This document shows, one piece after another, positions 9,487 to 19,654 of a stretch of 64,000 bases of DNA. Each line of letters starts with the position of its first letter. Position 1 is the stretch's first letter. Below the pieces are notes generated by a model that did no database searches, was not told the origin of the DNA, and saw nothing but the letters and a program-made list of their open reading frames with translations. The stretch is taken from assembly GCA_002788675.1 (NCBI GenBank), contig PFRS01000008.1:70848-134847 (forward strand). The letters are read 5' to 3'. The stretch comes from Candidatus Pacebacteria bacterium CG_4_9_14_0_2_um_filter_40_15 (lineage in GTDB: Bacteria > Patescibacteriota > Microgenomatia > UBA1400 > PJMF01). Both the position numbers and the translations under genes were made by a program.

Positions 9487-10710
9487 ATGAAAAAAGTCAT
9501 GATTAAAGTGAGTTCTCTTTGGAAGGCATTCCTTTCCCTCTCAGTATTCAAAAAAGCACTATTGGTAGTAGTTATTATTGCGATAGGATTATTTATTAAT
9601 TCTAGACTGAATACAACTGAAGACATTGCCTACAAAACAAGTATGGTTTCAACAGGAAATGTGGCAGATATTATTTCTGAAACAGGTGAAATTTCATCTA
9701 CATCTCAAGTCTCAGTTACTTCAACAATCACTGGTTTTGTTACAGAAGTGTATGTTGACAATGGTGACCAAGTAAAGAGAGGTCAAAAATTATTTTACGT
9801 ACAGAGTAGTGCTACTTCGGCAGAACGAGCGGCAGCATACTCAAATTATCTTAAAGCAAAAGACTCTCTCGAAGCAGCAAAGAGTACTGCCTACAGTTTA
9901 GAATCAAGCATGTGGAAGGCTCATGAAACCTTTGAAGCAGATTCACTCGACACTGATTTGTCGGTTGATGATCCAATCTATATTCAAACAGATCGTGACT
10001 GGCAAGCTGCAGAACAAAAATATATTGATCAAAAAGCAGTTATTTCACAAGCTGAAGCGAGTGTATCAAGTGCTTGGTTGGCTTATCAAGCAACCATTGA
10101 TGGAGCAGTAACTGCGCCAATTGATGGCACCGTTGCTAACTTTGCAGTTGCAAAGGGTCAGCAAGTGGCGAGTTCACAAGCAGCTTTGTTGATAAAAAGT
10201 GATTCAGAAACTTGGGTCACGCTAGCAATTAGTGAAACCGATATTCCTGACATTAAACCAGGGCTTGCCGCAACTGTGTCGATTGATGCATTGGATGGCA
10301 GAGAAATTGAAGGCACTGTGCAGCGTGTAGATGAAGTGGGAACAGTTAGTTCTGGAGTCGTTACCTATACGGCTTATATTTCATTACACGATTCCCAAAA
10401 CACGGAGGTGAATGAACTCTCCGGCGTATTGCCAGCAATGACGGTCCAGGTTGATATTCAAACAAAGAGTGCCGAAAATGTTGTCGTAGTTCCTAATGGT
10501 GCAATTAAACCATACAAAGGCGGTAAAGCAGTGCAAGTTGTTGATGCCAGTTCTGGTGAGTTACTCTATGTGCCTGTCGAAGTAGGTATTGTTGGTTTAA
10601 CTGAATCGGAAATTCTTTCAGGAGTTTCGGAAGGTCAAGAAATTGTGACTTCTAGTACTTCATCTAGCTCGTCCGACAAACAAGGTGGTTTATTAAATCC
10701 AGGTAGATAG
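9487..10710 (+). CDS. Efflux transporter periplasmic adaptor subunit (HlyD/MacA-like membrane fusion protein)
   Basis: N-terminal TM anchor, long coiled-coil region, and a C-terminal beta-barrel-type sequence. It sits immediately upstream of MacB-type ATPase and permease genes. Confidence 0.65.
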   Translation: MKKVMIKVSSLWKAFLSLSVFKKALLVVVIIAIGLFINSRLNTTEDIAYKTSMVSTGNVADIISETGEISSTSQVSVTSTITGFVTEVYVDNGDQVKRGQKLFYVQSSATSAERAAAYSNYLKAKDSLEAAKSTAYSLESSMWKAHETFEADSLDTDLSVDDPIYIQTDRDWQAAEQKYIDQKAVISQAEASVSSAWLAYQATIDGAVTAPIDGTVANFAVAKGQQVASSQAALLIKSDSETWVTLAISETDIPDIKPGLAATVSIDALDGREIEGTVQRVDEVGTVSSGVVTYTAYISLHDSQNTEVNELSGVLPAMTVQVDIQTKSAENVVVVPNGAIKPYKGGKAVQVVDASSGELLYVPVEVGIVGLTESEILSGVSEGQEIVTSSTSSSSSDKQGGLLNPGR

Positions 10711-10712
10711 CT

Positions 10713-11444
10713 ATGTCTTCAAATAACAAAAAGAACGATAAAACGGCTACTATCTCATTTCGGGATGTGACCAAAACGTATATTACTGGTCCAGTTACCT
10801 ACCAGGCTCTTAAAGGCATCAGCTTCGATATTTTTCCTGGAGACTTTGTCGCAATCATGGGTCCTTCTGGAAGTGGTAAGTCGACTATAATGAACATTAT
10901 TGGAGCGCTTGATACGCCTACTAGTGGTCAGTACTTGCTGAAAGGTCGTGACATCAGTTCATACGAAGAGGATGATTTATCTGAAATTAGAAACGAAGAG
11001 ATTGGATTTATTTTTCAGTCATTTAACCTGTTACCTCGCACTTCAGTGCTTAAGAATGTTGAGCGTCCTATGATGTACGCAGGAGTTCCAGCCGCTGAGC
11101 GAACCAAGCGAGCGCTGCAGAGTTTAGCAGTTGTTGGACTAGAAGATAAAGCACACAATCTTTCAAATCATATTTCAGGCGGTCAGATTCAACGTGTGGC
11201 AATTGCTCGAGCATTGGTTATGAATCCCGCATTACTACTGGCAGATGAACCTACTGGTAACTTAGATAGTGTGACGGCCTATGAAATTATGGATTTTTTA
11301 ACTGATTTAAATAAAAAGGGCAGCACTATTGTTTTGATTACGCATGAAGATGACATTGCAGAATATGCCGATCGTATTATTCACATTAAAGATGGAGAAA
11401 TTCTTCGCGAAGTACATGGCAAAAAAAATAAGAGTAGAAAGTAG
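10713..11444 (+). CDS. ABC transporter ATP-binding protein, MacB/LolD family
   Basis: Walker A GPSGSGKST, signature ISGGQIQRVAIARAL, Walker B LLLADEPTGNLD. Confidence 0.85.
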   Translation: MSSNNKKNDKTATISFRDVTKTYITGPVTYQALKGISFDIFPGDFVAIMGPSGSGKSTIMNIIGALDTPTSGQYLLKGRDISSYEEDDLSEIRNEEIGFIFQSFNLLPRTSVLKNVERPMMYAGVPAAERTKRALQSLAVVGLEDKAHNLSNHISGGQIQRVAIARALVMNPALLLADEPTGNLDSVTAYEIMDFLTDLNKKGSTIVLITHEDDIAEYADRIIHIKDGEILREVHGKKNKSRK

Positions 11445-11447
11445 CAT

Positions 11448-12638
11448 ATGGATTTTACAGAACTTTTTATATTAGCGATTGATGCACTCAAAGCAAATTT
11501 GGTTCGTACGTTACTGACCATGCTGGGAATAATAATTGGAATCGCATCAGTGATAGCTATTATTTCTTTAGGGTCAGGTTCGACTGCTTCGATTGTGAAT
11601 GAAATTTCATCATTTGGGGCTACAATTGTGACCGTGTCACCAGGAAGAAATGTACGTGGGCCCGGCCAGAGTTCTGGTTCAGTCACAACATTAGTTGCGG
11701 ACGATGTTGATGCACTCACAAAAATTCCTACTGTTATTCGCGCTGGTGGAATAGTTTCCAAAAATATCTCAGTAACAGCTAATGGTGAAATTACCAGTGC
11801 TTCAGTTAAAGGGGTGACAGATGCCTACGACGATATGCATATCTTATCGTTGACGTATGGTTCATTTTTAGAGGAAAGTGATATCTTAGGAGCAACGCGT
11901 GACGTTGTAATGGGTGATGGAGTTGTAGAAGAGTTGTTTGGTGAAGGCGCTGAAGAATTCGTAATTGGTGAAGCAGTTCGCATTGATGCCCGCATTTTTC
12001 ATATTATTGGTGTGATTGATGATAGCAGTGATGTTTTAATTCCGCTGAGTACTGCTCAAAAAGTATTGTATGGTCAATCTAACTTAGACAGCATTGAAGT
12101 TGAAATAGTTGATGCGGACTCGGTTGAAGCTGCCACCACAACAATCGAAGAAACTATGCTGTTACAACACGATATTCTCAACGCAGATGATGCCGACTTT
12201 TCAGTACGAAGTTCACAAGCCATGACCGATAGCATTAGTAGTGTGACTGGTACGCTCACAGCAGTTATTTCTAGTATTGCAGCAATTTCTTTGTTGGTTG
12301 GAGGCATTGGAATTATGAATATCATGTTGGTTACCGTTACAGAGCGAACCCGCGAAATTGGTTTGCTCAAAGCCATTGGGGCAAAGCGAAAAGATATTTT
12401 AACGCAATTTTTAATTGAGTCAGTGGTCTTGACATTATTTGGTGGGTTTATTGGTATGGTCTTAGGTATGCTGTTTGCATATGTGGGATCTTCACTTTTA
12501 AGTATTCCGTATATTGTGAGTATCCAATCGATTGTGTTGGCACTAAGTGTTTCAACTGCAATTGGAGTCTTGTTCGGTTGGTATCCTGCCAATCAGGCTG
12601 CAAAGCTTAATCCTATTGATGCGTTGCGGTATGAGTAA
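11448..12638 (+). CDS. ABC transporter permease, FtsX/MacB type
   Basis: An N-terminal TM helix, a large periplasmic domain, then four C-terminal TM helices. It is operonic with the MacB-type ATPase. Confidence 0.75.
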   Translation: MDFTELFILAIDALKANLVRTLLTMLGIIIGIASVIAIISLGSGSTASIVNEISSFGATIVTVSPGRNVRGPGQSSGSVTTLVADDVDALTKIPTVIRAGGIVSKNISVTANGEITSASVKGVTDAYDDMHILSLTYGSFLEESDILGATRDVVMGDGVVEELFGEGAEEFVIGEAVRIDARIFHIIGVIDDSSDVLIPLSTAQKVLYGQSNLDSIEVEIVDADSVEAATTTIEETMLLQHDILNADDADFSVRSSQAMTDSISSVTGTLTAVISSIAAISLLVGGIGIMNIMLVTVTERTREIGLLKAIGAKRKDILTQFLIESVVLTLFGGFIGMVLGMLFAYVGSSLLSIPYIVSIQSIVLALSVSTAIGVLFGWYPANQAAKLNPIDALRYE

Positions 12639-12699
12639 GGCGTATTTAAACACATTTTAGCAGAATCACATTCAATTTTTCTGATGGTATACTCACTCT

Positions 12700-14007
12700 A
12701 TGTCTGAAAAGCAAAAACCAAAGCAAGATGAGGAAGTTCAGCAGTCTAGACTAGAAACATGGCACGCTAAAGTAGAAAGAGCTAGTGAAGTGTTGGATAA
12801 GCTGTTTTCAGTGTCTAGCATCCCGGAATCAGAACTTTCAGAGCCACAACGTCTTGTTCGTGAGGCTGTTCTAGGTGCAACTCAAGACGTTGAAACTTTT
12901 TTATTACGGGAATCGTTTCATATTTCTGAAAAAACAAAAAATTATTTCAATTTTTCAAATTTTGCTGATGCTATCCATGATAACCCCTCCCAGTTATATG
13001 AGAATGAAAATGTTAAGGTAGATCAAGAGGATGTTTTTGCGGCATTTTCAGTTTCTCCTCGTCTCGAAGCCGTTTTAAAAGAATTAGAATATTTTACAGT
13101 TGAAGATGTATTAGTTATTATTCGTGAGCAAATTATAAGTCAAATTTTTGCAGAAAGAGTGACTGAGATAGCCTTGGAAATGATTAAGTCAATGGTCCCA
13201 GATTTTGCTCCTCAAACTCAAACGGTAGTACTAGTTTGCCCAGTATCTGAAGGATTTGCCGAAGACGCTGCATATGATGGATTAATAGATGGAGTGGGAA
13301 ATGTTATTGAACTTGATGTCACGCTAGATCCCTACAGGAATATCCTCAATGAAGAAGCATCTTTAGAGTTTGTTACTGCTATTTCTTCTGCTGTGCATGA
13401 ACTTTTTCATGCACGGCATGGTGAATTAATAAATGAAGGAATAAGTGAAGAGGAACCAGCTCTGACAAGTAATGGCCCCTATATTGATGTAGCCGTTCAG
13501 ACACGTGAGTCCTTTGAATTTTGGTGTGAAGAAAACTTTGGTGTTGATTATACGGAAGATGCCATTTACTATGTTGAAGATTCGGTGTCTGAAGGTATAG
13601 CCCTTTTTTTTGAGATCTATATACTTGCTCAATGGAAGAAGCAGGTGTATCAGGAAACACCAGATCTTGTCATGTTAATTCAGAATTATTTGAATGATAG
13701 GTTTGAAGGTTTGCGTCAGAAAAGTGATTCTGAAGATAACAACATAGAAGACTTTTACTATATAGGTTTGCAAATGATGCGTCAGTTAATGGCTCAATTT
13801 TCTTTTTCAGAGGTAATTGCAATTATAAAAGACATTGACATCTCGGCATGCATGACAATTCCAAATGACTCTCCTCAGGCAATTCAGATGCAAAAAGATG
13901 CTCGGTTATTACCTGGCTTGGAGAAAAATGTTGCTGTGCAAAAGTCATTAGGACTTGAGCAGAGGAATAGTTTGATGTCTCTGAAACAGAGACTAGATCT
14001 TCCCTAG
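12700..14007 (+). CDS. Hypothetical cytoplasmic protein carrying an HExxH motif (putative zinc metallopeptidase-like)
   Basis: AVHELFHARHGE. No signal peptide and no other recognisable domain. Confidence 0.4.
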   Translation: MSEKQKPKQDEEVQQSRLETWHAKVERASEVLDKLFSVSSIPESELSEPQRLVREAVLGATQDVETFLLRESFHISEKTKNYFNFSNFADAIHDNPSQLYENENVKVDQEDVFAAFSVSPRLEAVLKELEYFTVEDVLVIIREQIISQIFAERVTEIALEMIKSMVPDFAPQTQTVVLVCPVSEGFAEDAAYDGLIDGVGNVIELDVTLDPYRNILNEEASLEFVTAISSAVHELFHARHGELINEGISEEEPALTSNGPYIDVAVQTRESFEFWCEENFGVDYTEDAIYYVEDSVSEGIALFFEIYILAQWKKQVYQETPDLVMLIQNYLNDRFEGLRQKSDSEDNNIEDFYYIGLQMMRQLMAQFSFSEVIAIIKDIDISACMTIPNDSPQAIQMQKDARLLPGLEKNVAVQKSLGLEQRNSLMSLKQRLDLP

Positions 14008-14040
14008 TCATCAAACTGTTTTCCGTTATAATACGGGAGT

Positions 14041-14805
14041 ATGACGCAACAACTTGAACTTACCAACCTCCATGTTTCAATCGAAGAAAAGGAAATTCTC
14101 AAAGGTATTTCCCTAAGTGTAAAGCCAGGAGAAATCCATGCTATCATGGGCCCAAATGGGTCGGGTAAGTCGACAACGGCCGCAACTTTAGCAGGGCATC
14201 CGACCTACTCTGTAACCAGTGGCGATATGCTTCTTGATGGTGAGTCATTACTTGAAAAATCACCTGATGAACGTGCCCAAATGGGACTCTTTTTAGCCTT
14301 TCAGTATCCGGTTGAAGTACCTGGTGTTAAGGTGCAAAATTTCCTTCGCCATGCCCATCAAGCTCGATTTGCTGATGAGCCAAAGAAATTGTTTGCAAAA
14401 GTTATTGACTTTAGAAAACATTTAAAAGCTCTTGCAGCTGAATTGCAAATTAATCCCGAACTGCTTACCCGTGGCCTCAATGAAGGTTTTAGTGGCGGAG
14501 AAAAGAAACAGCTTGAAATTCTTCAAATGGCAGTATTAGAACCAAAGTATGCCATTTTAGATGAAACAGACTCTGGCTTAGACATCGATGCAATTAAAAA
14601 AGTTTCGGCTGGTGTTGTTAAAGTTGCCAAAAAACATGGCACAGGAGTGCTTGTTATTACGCACTACAAACGTATTTTAGAGTTTCTTAAACCAGGCTTT
14701 GTGCATGTGATGGTTAAAGGCAAAATTGTTAAAAATGGCGGTCCAGAATTAGTTGATACATTAGAGGCCGAAGGATATAAAGACTGGGTCGGTGAAGAGA
14801 ATTAA
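14041..14805 (+). CDS. sufC: Fe-S cluster assembly ATPase SufC
   Basis: KGISLSVKPGEIHAIMGPNGSGKST..., FSGGEKK and ILDETDSGLD. Confidence 0.9.
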   Translation: MTQQLELTNLHVSIEEKEILKGISLSVKPGEIHAIMGPNGSGKSTTAATLAGHPTYSVTSGDMLLDGESLLEKSPDERAQMGLFLAFQYPVEVPGVKVQNFLRHAHQARFADEPKKLFAKVIDFRKHLKALAAELQINPELLTRGLNEGFSGGEKKQLEILQMAVLEPKYAILDETDSGLDIDAIKKVSAGVVKVAKKHGTGVLVITHYKRILEFLKPGFVHVMVKGKIVKNGGPELVDTLEAEGYKDWVGEEN

Positions 14806-14824
14806 TTTTTCTCGAAAGGAATGT

Positions 14825-15316
14825 ATGGCAGTAAGAAATCCACATCAACTTACCGATTCGGTAAAATTGTTGCAAAAAGTTGTCATTGTTCATAAAGGAA
14901 AAGTCTTGTTACTGCAACGTGATAGTAACTCTGCCACTCGCCCAGAGAAGTGGGATCTTCCTGGAGGTAACTCAGAATGGCCTTCAGAAGAAAAACTTGG
15001 AAGCCGTGGGCTGCATCAAGAAGATGTGGCTCGAGAGATAATGGAAGAAACAGGTATCACTGTAGTTCCAGGGCACTTTGCACTTGATAAGCTGGTGTAT
15101 TTTGACACAACTTTTTTTAACGACGTTTTTACTGTTTTATCTGGGTGGATGGTGGAACTTCCGCATGATTTTGAGATTGATTCGGTTGAATTATCACACG
15201 AACATACGGCATACGAATGGGTTTCATTTGATGAAGCTCGAGAGTATGATTTTGGATTTGCCAAAGAATTTATTGTACCTATGATTCGAACTACCCAGGA
15301 TACCTTTTCTGCATAG
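14825..15316 (+). CDS. NUDIX hydrolase inserted between sufC and sufB
   Basis: Nudix box LPGGNSEWPSEEKLGSRGLHQEDVAREIMEETGI, which carries an insertion. The start was placed at the ATG at 14825 to remove the overlap with sufC. Confidence 0.6.
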   Translation: MAVRNPHQLTDSVKLLQKVVIVHKGKVLLLQRDSNSATRPEKWDLPGGNSEWPSEEKLGSRGLHQEDVAREIMEETGITVVPGHFALDKLVYFDTTFFNDVFTVLSGWMVELPHDFEIDSVELSHEHTAYEWVSFDEAREYDFGFAKEFIVPMIRTTQDTFSA

Positions 15317-15331
15317 AAAGATTACTCACTA

Positions 15332-17890
15332 ATGGCTCGTTTTGCGCAAAAAACCACCACCGATTATGAGGCTGCCGATAGCTATGAGCACGGCTATGCC
15401 TTTCCAACATCAACATATAGTCATATCACCAAGCCAGGTATTTCTGAAGGTGTCGTTCGTGAAATTTCAGATATGAAGGGTGAGCCTGAATGGATGCTTA
15501 ACTATCGTCTAAAGGCTTTCAAACAGTTCGAAGCAAAAATGAATCCTCTATGGGGAGCTGATCTGAGCGAAATTCACTTCGATAAAATTCATTACTATCT
15601 TAAAGCTTCCAGTGGTGAAGGTAAAAGTTGGGATGATGTTCCTAAAGATGTGAAAGAAACCTTTGATCGTTTGGGTATTCCTGAAGCAGAGCGAGGTATT
15701 CTTGCTGGGGTTAAAGCGCAGTACGATAGTGAAGTTGTGTACGGTTCACTCAAAGATGTATGGGCAAAAGATGGCGTAGTTTTTTTGTCGATGGATGAAG
15801 GACTCAAACAGTATCCCGATTTAATTAAAGAATATTTTGGTAAAGCAATTCCTAGTGGAGATAATAAATACTCAGCACTCAATACTTCAGTGTGGAGTGG
15901 TGGATCATTTGTGTATATTCCCAAAGGTGTAGACGTAAAAATGCCGCTGCAAACGTATTTTAGAATAAATGCAGAAAATGCTGGTCAGTTTGAGCGCACT
16001 CTGATTATCGTTGATGAAGGCGCGAGTGTGCACTATATCGAAGGATGCTTTACTGAGGGGACTCAAATTTCAACAAGTGATGGTTTAGTTGCAATAGAAG
16101 ACATTACTAAGGAATCAAAAGTTCTGACACATAAGGGAATCTATAAATCTGTGTATCATACTCAGGTTAGACCGTATTCAGGGCAACTCTATACCGTTGT
16201 TGTTACTGGACAGCCAAGTGAAACAATTGAAGCAACAGAGGAACATCCGTTCTTAGTTGTGAAAAGAAAGTACCGAAAAGATCGAAACAAAGAATGGAAG
16301 AGTGAATGGCTACCTGTAAAAGAGCTAAAAAAAGGTGATTATGTTTGTACTCCGATTGATCAAACAGAGAATATACAAGATACCCTTATCTATGAAGTCC
16401 CGGTGGGAAATGGCAGGCATGGTTGGCAGTTAGAAAAGCTAGAAATTCCTTGCACTACAGATTTATTTAAGTTGATAGGTTACTATCTTGCTGAAGGTAG
16501 TATAAGTGCTGGCTCATACCTAAACTTTTCCTTTAACAGCTCAGAACGAGAATATATCGAAGAGGTTAAAAAATTATTTTTTACCGTTTTTGGAGAGACA
16601 AGAGTTCGCGAGTCACACCATGAAAAAAACAATGGAATAAACGTCGTAGTCAGTTCAGTGAGGTTATGTCGATTTTTCGAACAATTTGGAACACACTCAA
16701 GCAGTAAAATCATGCCAGAATGGGTGCTTCAAGAATCTAGTGAGAAGCAGGCAGCACTTGTGTCAACTTGGTATAAGGGAGATGGAAATTACTACCGTAA
16801 GCAGACAAAGCATGGGTTTAAAGAAATGTTCAGGGTTTCTACGACTTCGAGAACATTAGCGTTTCAGGGGAGAATGGTACTAGCTCGATTAGGTATTGCT
16901 AGTTCGTTAAATAGCCAAGATAGAAGATCAACACAGAGACAGACTATGTATAACCTAGTGATTGGCGGAGAATACATGATTCCATTTGGAACCATTGTTG
17001 ATCAGCCGATCCAACCACAAGTATGGAACAAGAAGCGAGCAACACCTTATTTTGTTGATAAAAACTATTTATATGCCCCAGTTAGGAGCATCACTTCGAA
17101 AACTGTGGAAAATATTTCTGTGTATAACTTCAGTGTTACAGATGACGAAAGTTATGTTGCGGATGGGGTTGCCGTTCACAACTGCACCGCCCCAAACTTT
17201 AGTAGTGGTTCCTTGCACTCAGCAGTGGTTGAAATCTTCGTTAAAAAAGGAGCACGCTGCCAATACACCACGGTCCAAAATTGGTATAAAAATGTTTACA
17301 ATTTAGTTACCAAGCGTGCCTATGTGGAAGAAGAAGGTCAGATGATTTGGACAGACTTTAACATGGGATCAAAAGTGACTATGAAGTATCCCGGCTTTAT
17401 TTTGGCAGGAAAAGGAGCTCGTGGTGAGACCTTGTCTATGGCTTTAGCAGGTGCAGGACAGCACCAGGATACGGGTTCTAAGGCGATTCACTTAGCTCCA
17501 TACACAAGTTCTACAATTATTTCTAAGTCGATTAGTAAAGATGGCGGTCGCACTAGTTACCGCGGGCTGGTGAGTGTGGGTCCAAATGCACATCACTCAA
17601 AAAATACCGTTATTTGTGACGCGCTGTTGCTTGATGGTCAGTCGCGCTCCGATACCTACCCTGTAGATAAAATCTTTAACTCGCATGTTGAAGTGCAGCA
17701 CGAAGCAACTGTTTCAAAAATTGGAGATGATCAATTATTTTACTTAATGAGTCGTGGTGTGACGGAAGAAAATGCTCGCAAAATGATTGTAAATGGCTTT
17801 ATTGAAGACTTAGTGCGCAAACTTCCACTGGAATATGCTGTAGAAATGAATCGTTTGATTGATCACGAGATGGAAGGGAGTATTGGCTAA
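15332..17890 (+). CDS. sufB: Fe-S cluster assembly protein SufB, interrupted in frame by a 379-aa intein (852-aa precursor; about 473-aa mature SufB)
   Basis: The N-extein ends ...ASVHYIEG and the C-extein resumes CTAPNFSSGSLHSAVVEI..., matching E. coli SufB ...YIEGCSAPV...LHAAVVEV. The C-terminus DDQLFY...MIVNGFIEDL is conserved. Confidence 0.9.
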   Translation: MARFAQKTTTDYEAADSYEHGYAFPTSTYSHITKPGISEGVVREISDMKGEPEWMLNYRLKAFKQFEAKMNPLWGADLSEIHFDKIHYYLKASSGEGKSWDDVPKDVKETFDRLGIPEAERGILAGVKAQYDSEVVYGSLKDVWAKDGVVFLSMDEGLKQYPDLIKEYFGKAIPSGDNKYSALNTSVWSGGSFVYIPKGVDVKMPLQTYFRINAENAGQFERTLIIVDEGASVHYIEGCFTEGTQISTSDGLVAIEDITKESKVLTHKGIYKSVYHTQVRPYSGQLYTVVVTGQPSETIEATEEHPFLVVKRKYRKDRNKEWKSEWLPVKELKKGDYVCTPIDQTENIQDTLIYEVPVGNGRHGWQLEKLEIPCTTDLFKLIGYYLAEGSISAGSYLNFSFNSSEREYIEEVKKLFFTVFGETRVRESHHEKNNGINVVVSSVRLCRFFEQFGTHSSSKIMPEWVLQESSEKQAALVSTWYKGDGNYYRKQTKHGFKEMFRVSTTSRTLAFQGRMVLARLGIASSLNSQDRRSTQRQTMYNLVIGGEYMIPFGTIVDQPIQPQVWNKKRATPYFVDKNYLYAPVRSITSKTVENISVYNFSVTDDESYVADGVAVHNCTAPNFSSGSLHSAVVEIFVKKGARCQYTTVQNWYKNVYNLVTKRAYVEEEGQMIWTDFNMGSKVTMKYPGFILAGKGARGETLSMALAGAGQHQDTGSKAIHLAPYTSSTIISKSISKDGGRTSYRGLVSVGPNAHHSKNTVICDALLLDGQSRSDTYPVDKIFNSHVEVQHEATVSKIGDDQLFYLMSRGVTEENARKMIVNGFIEDLVRKLPLEYAVEMNRLIDHEMEGSIG
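16046..17182 (+). mobile_element. Intein with LAGLIDADG homing-endonuclease domain inside sufB
   Basis: Block A CFTEGTQISTSDG. Block B TEEHPFLV. LAGLIDADG-like LIGYYLAEGS and WYKGDGNYY. Blocks F/G VYNFSVTDDESYVADGVAVHN followed by the +1 Cys of CTAP. Confidence 0.85.
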
Positions 17891-18384
17891 TGCAATCAGT
17901 ACAAACCTTTACCATTGGTCGTGATATGCACGAAACTATTACTTTAGAAAAACCAGGTAAGTACCTAGTAGAATTAGTTGGTCCCGGGGCAGAAGCCACT
18001 ATAACTGGTGTGTGGGATGCAAAGGGCAACGATGATGTTTCTGTTGAAGTAGTTATTCATCACAAAGCTCCGAATACTTTGGCAAATACAACTATGCATG
18101 GTGTTGGTCGAGACAAAGCTACTGTTCGTTTTGTTGGCCGAATTATTATTGATCCTGAGTGTGGAAACAGTAACTCATTTTTAACCGAAAGAGTGCTCCT
18201 TCTTTCTGACCAAGCAAAAGCCGAAACAGTTCCAGACCTCGAAATTCTCACAGACGATGTGAAGTGTTCACATGCTGCCAGCATCAGTCGTATTCCTGAA
18301 GAACAGTTGTTCTATCTGCAGAGCCGTGGCATTATGCGCACTACTGCAGAAGATATGATTGTTGAGGGATTTTTGGCGATTTAA
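17890..18384 (+). CDS. sufD: Short SufD-like protein (SufBD family, 164 aa)
   Basis: The C-terminus EEQLFYLQSRGIMRTTAEDMIVEGFL resembles the SufB/SufD C-termini. It overlaps the sufB stop (TAATG). It has only about 40% of canonical SufD length. Confidence 0.6.
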   Translation: MQSVQTFTIGRDMHETITLEKPGKYLVELVGPGAEATITGVWDAKGNDDVSVEVVIHHKAPNTLANTTMHGVGRDKATVRFVGRIIIDPECGNSNSFLTERVLLLSDQAKAETVPDLEILTDDVKCSHAASISRIPEEQLFYLQSRGIMRTTAEDMIVEGFLAI

Positions 18385-18395
18385 AGGTGTGTTAA

Positions 18396-18842
18396 TTAGA
18401 AGAGCCACAGTTTAACATACGCTAACGTAGCAATTCCCGATAGCATCATCACAACTTGCCAAAAAGTCTGGTATCCAAAGTAAATAGCTTCACCTTCAAA
18501 AAACTGATGTCCCCATAAGTCCTTAGGTTTATTTCTGTGTTTGCTCGTAAACTGCTCGGCTATCCAGTACTGTACTTCTCCCTGCGCTCTAACAAACCAA
18601 AATAGAGAGATAAGTGCATAGAAGAGATGCACATCTTGAAGAATGCCTGAAAGGAGGGCAACAAGTATCCAGTACGGACCAATCGTGAGTGCATCACCCC
18701 AGACAAAGATGCCGAGTGGAAACAAACCACGGGTTACTTTAAACGAGTTTTTGAGTTGGGCAGATTGGTAGTAGCCCTTTAAAGTTATTAGAAAACCAGT
18801 GCTGCCAACTAAACACATGAGCGGGACAAAGATGGTAATCAT
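18396..18842 (-). CDS. Hypothetical membrane protein
   Basis: 148 aa with four hydrophobic helices. Confidence 0.4.
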   Translation of the reverse strand: MITIFVPLMCLVGSTGFLITLKGYYQSAQLKNSFKVTRGLFPLGIFVWGDALTIGPYWILVALLSGILQDVHLFYALISLFWFVRAQGEVQYWIAEQFTSKHRNKPKDLWGHQFFEGEAIYFGYQTFWQVVMMLSGIATLAYVKLWLF

Positions 18843-18851
18843 AGTGTACTT

Positions 18852-19544
18852 TTATACGTTTTCGATTGGATCAATGGCACCTGCTTCGTCGAAGTGTCCG
18901 ATGATTATTTCTGTAAATTGTGATTGACCGTATTTTCCTGGGTAAGGCGATTCCATACTTACGTATAACTCATTTCCTTTTCCATAAAAAGGTACTGGGC
19001 TGTTCTTTTTAAGCAGTCCGATTTTTACGATTTTTGGCACTTGTAGTGTATCTGCTTGAAAGAAATGAGTGTCGCTTCCAAATTGTTTTGAAGGATTGTG
19101 TAAGATCATTACCTCAACAGTATTAGAATCTGTAATGCGTGCCCCGAGTATTTCCATGTCTGCTGTAGTACTAAATGTTCCAGCTAGAAAACTTTTTAGT
19201 GATTGGGCATGATTATTGATTTGTTCTGTTTTAACTGCTGCGAGAATAGTTTCATCAATGAGAAAATCTGGATACTGTACAAAGCTTGGTGAATCAATGA
19301 ATTCTGAAATTTCTGTTTGAAGTCTATCTGCCTCTGACGTGTTGTAGTCTAAGACTTGGTTTAAAGTGATAACGCGAATCGCTGTCAGAGCATCTGCATC
19401 TGGGTGGGTTTGAATGAGTTCCCAATTTTCTTCTGTATATTCACCCGCAACAGCTGCTAACATTTCGGGGGTAAGTGAATTGACGAGCGCCAGTTTTTGA
19501 GGATCGTGTAACTTTGAAGTAAGTTTTTCTTTGAGATATGACAT
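18852..19544 (-). CDS. Hypothetical protein
   Basis: The start was trimmed to the ATG at 19544 (MSYLKEKL). The longer track ORF starts in the sufS promoter and start region. Confidence 0.4.
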   Translation of the reverse strand: MSYLKEKLTSKLHDPQKLALVNSLTPEMLAAVAGEYTEENWELIQTHPDADALTAIRVITLNQVLDYNTSEADRLQTEISEFIDSPSFVQYPDFLIDETILAAVKTEQINNHAQSLKSFLAGTFSTTADMEILGARITDSNTVEVMILHNPSKQFGSDTHFFQADTLQVPKIVKIGLLKKNSPVPFYGKGNELYVSMESPYPGKYGQSQFTEIIIGHFDEAGAIDPIENV

Positions 19545-19654
19545 GCATCCTTTCGAGCTGGGCAGAGGTCGAACTATAACAAATATGTAGCCAAAGTATA
19601 TACTATTTTGTCTTTTAGACAAGAAGAGTCTAGAGAAAATGATACAATAAGCAC

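Noticed and set aside
12074-12592. 172-aa minus-strand ORF inside the FtsX-type permease gene
   Set aside because: It is fully embedded antisense in a gene with strong family features and has no motif of its own.
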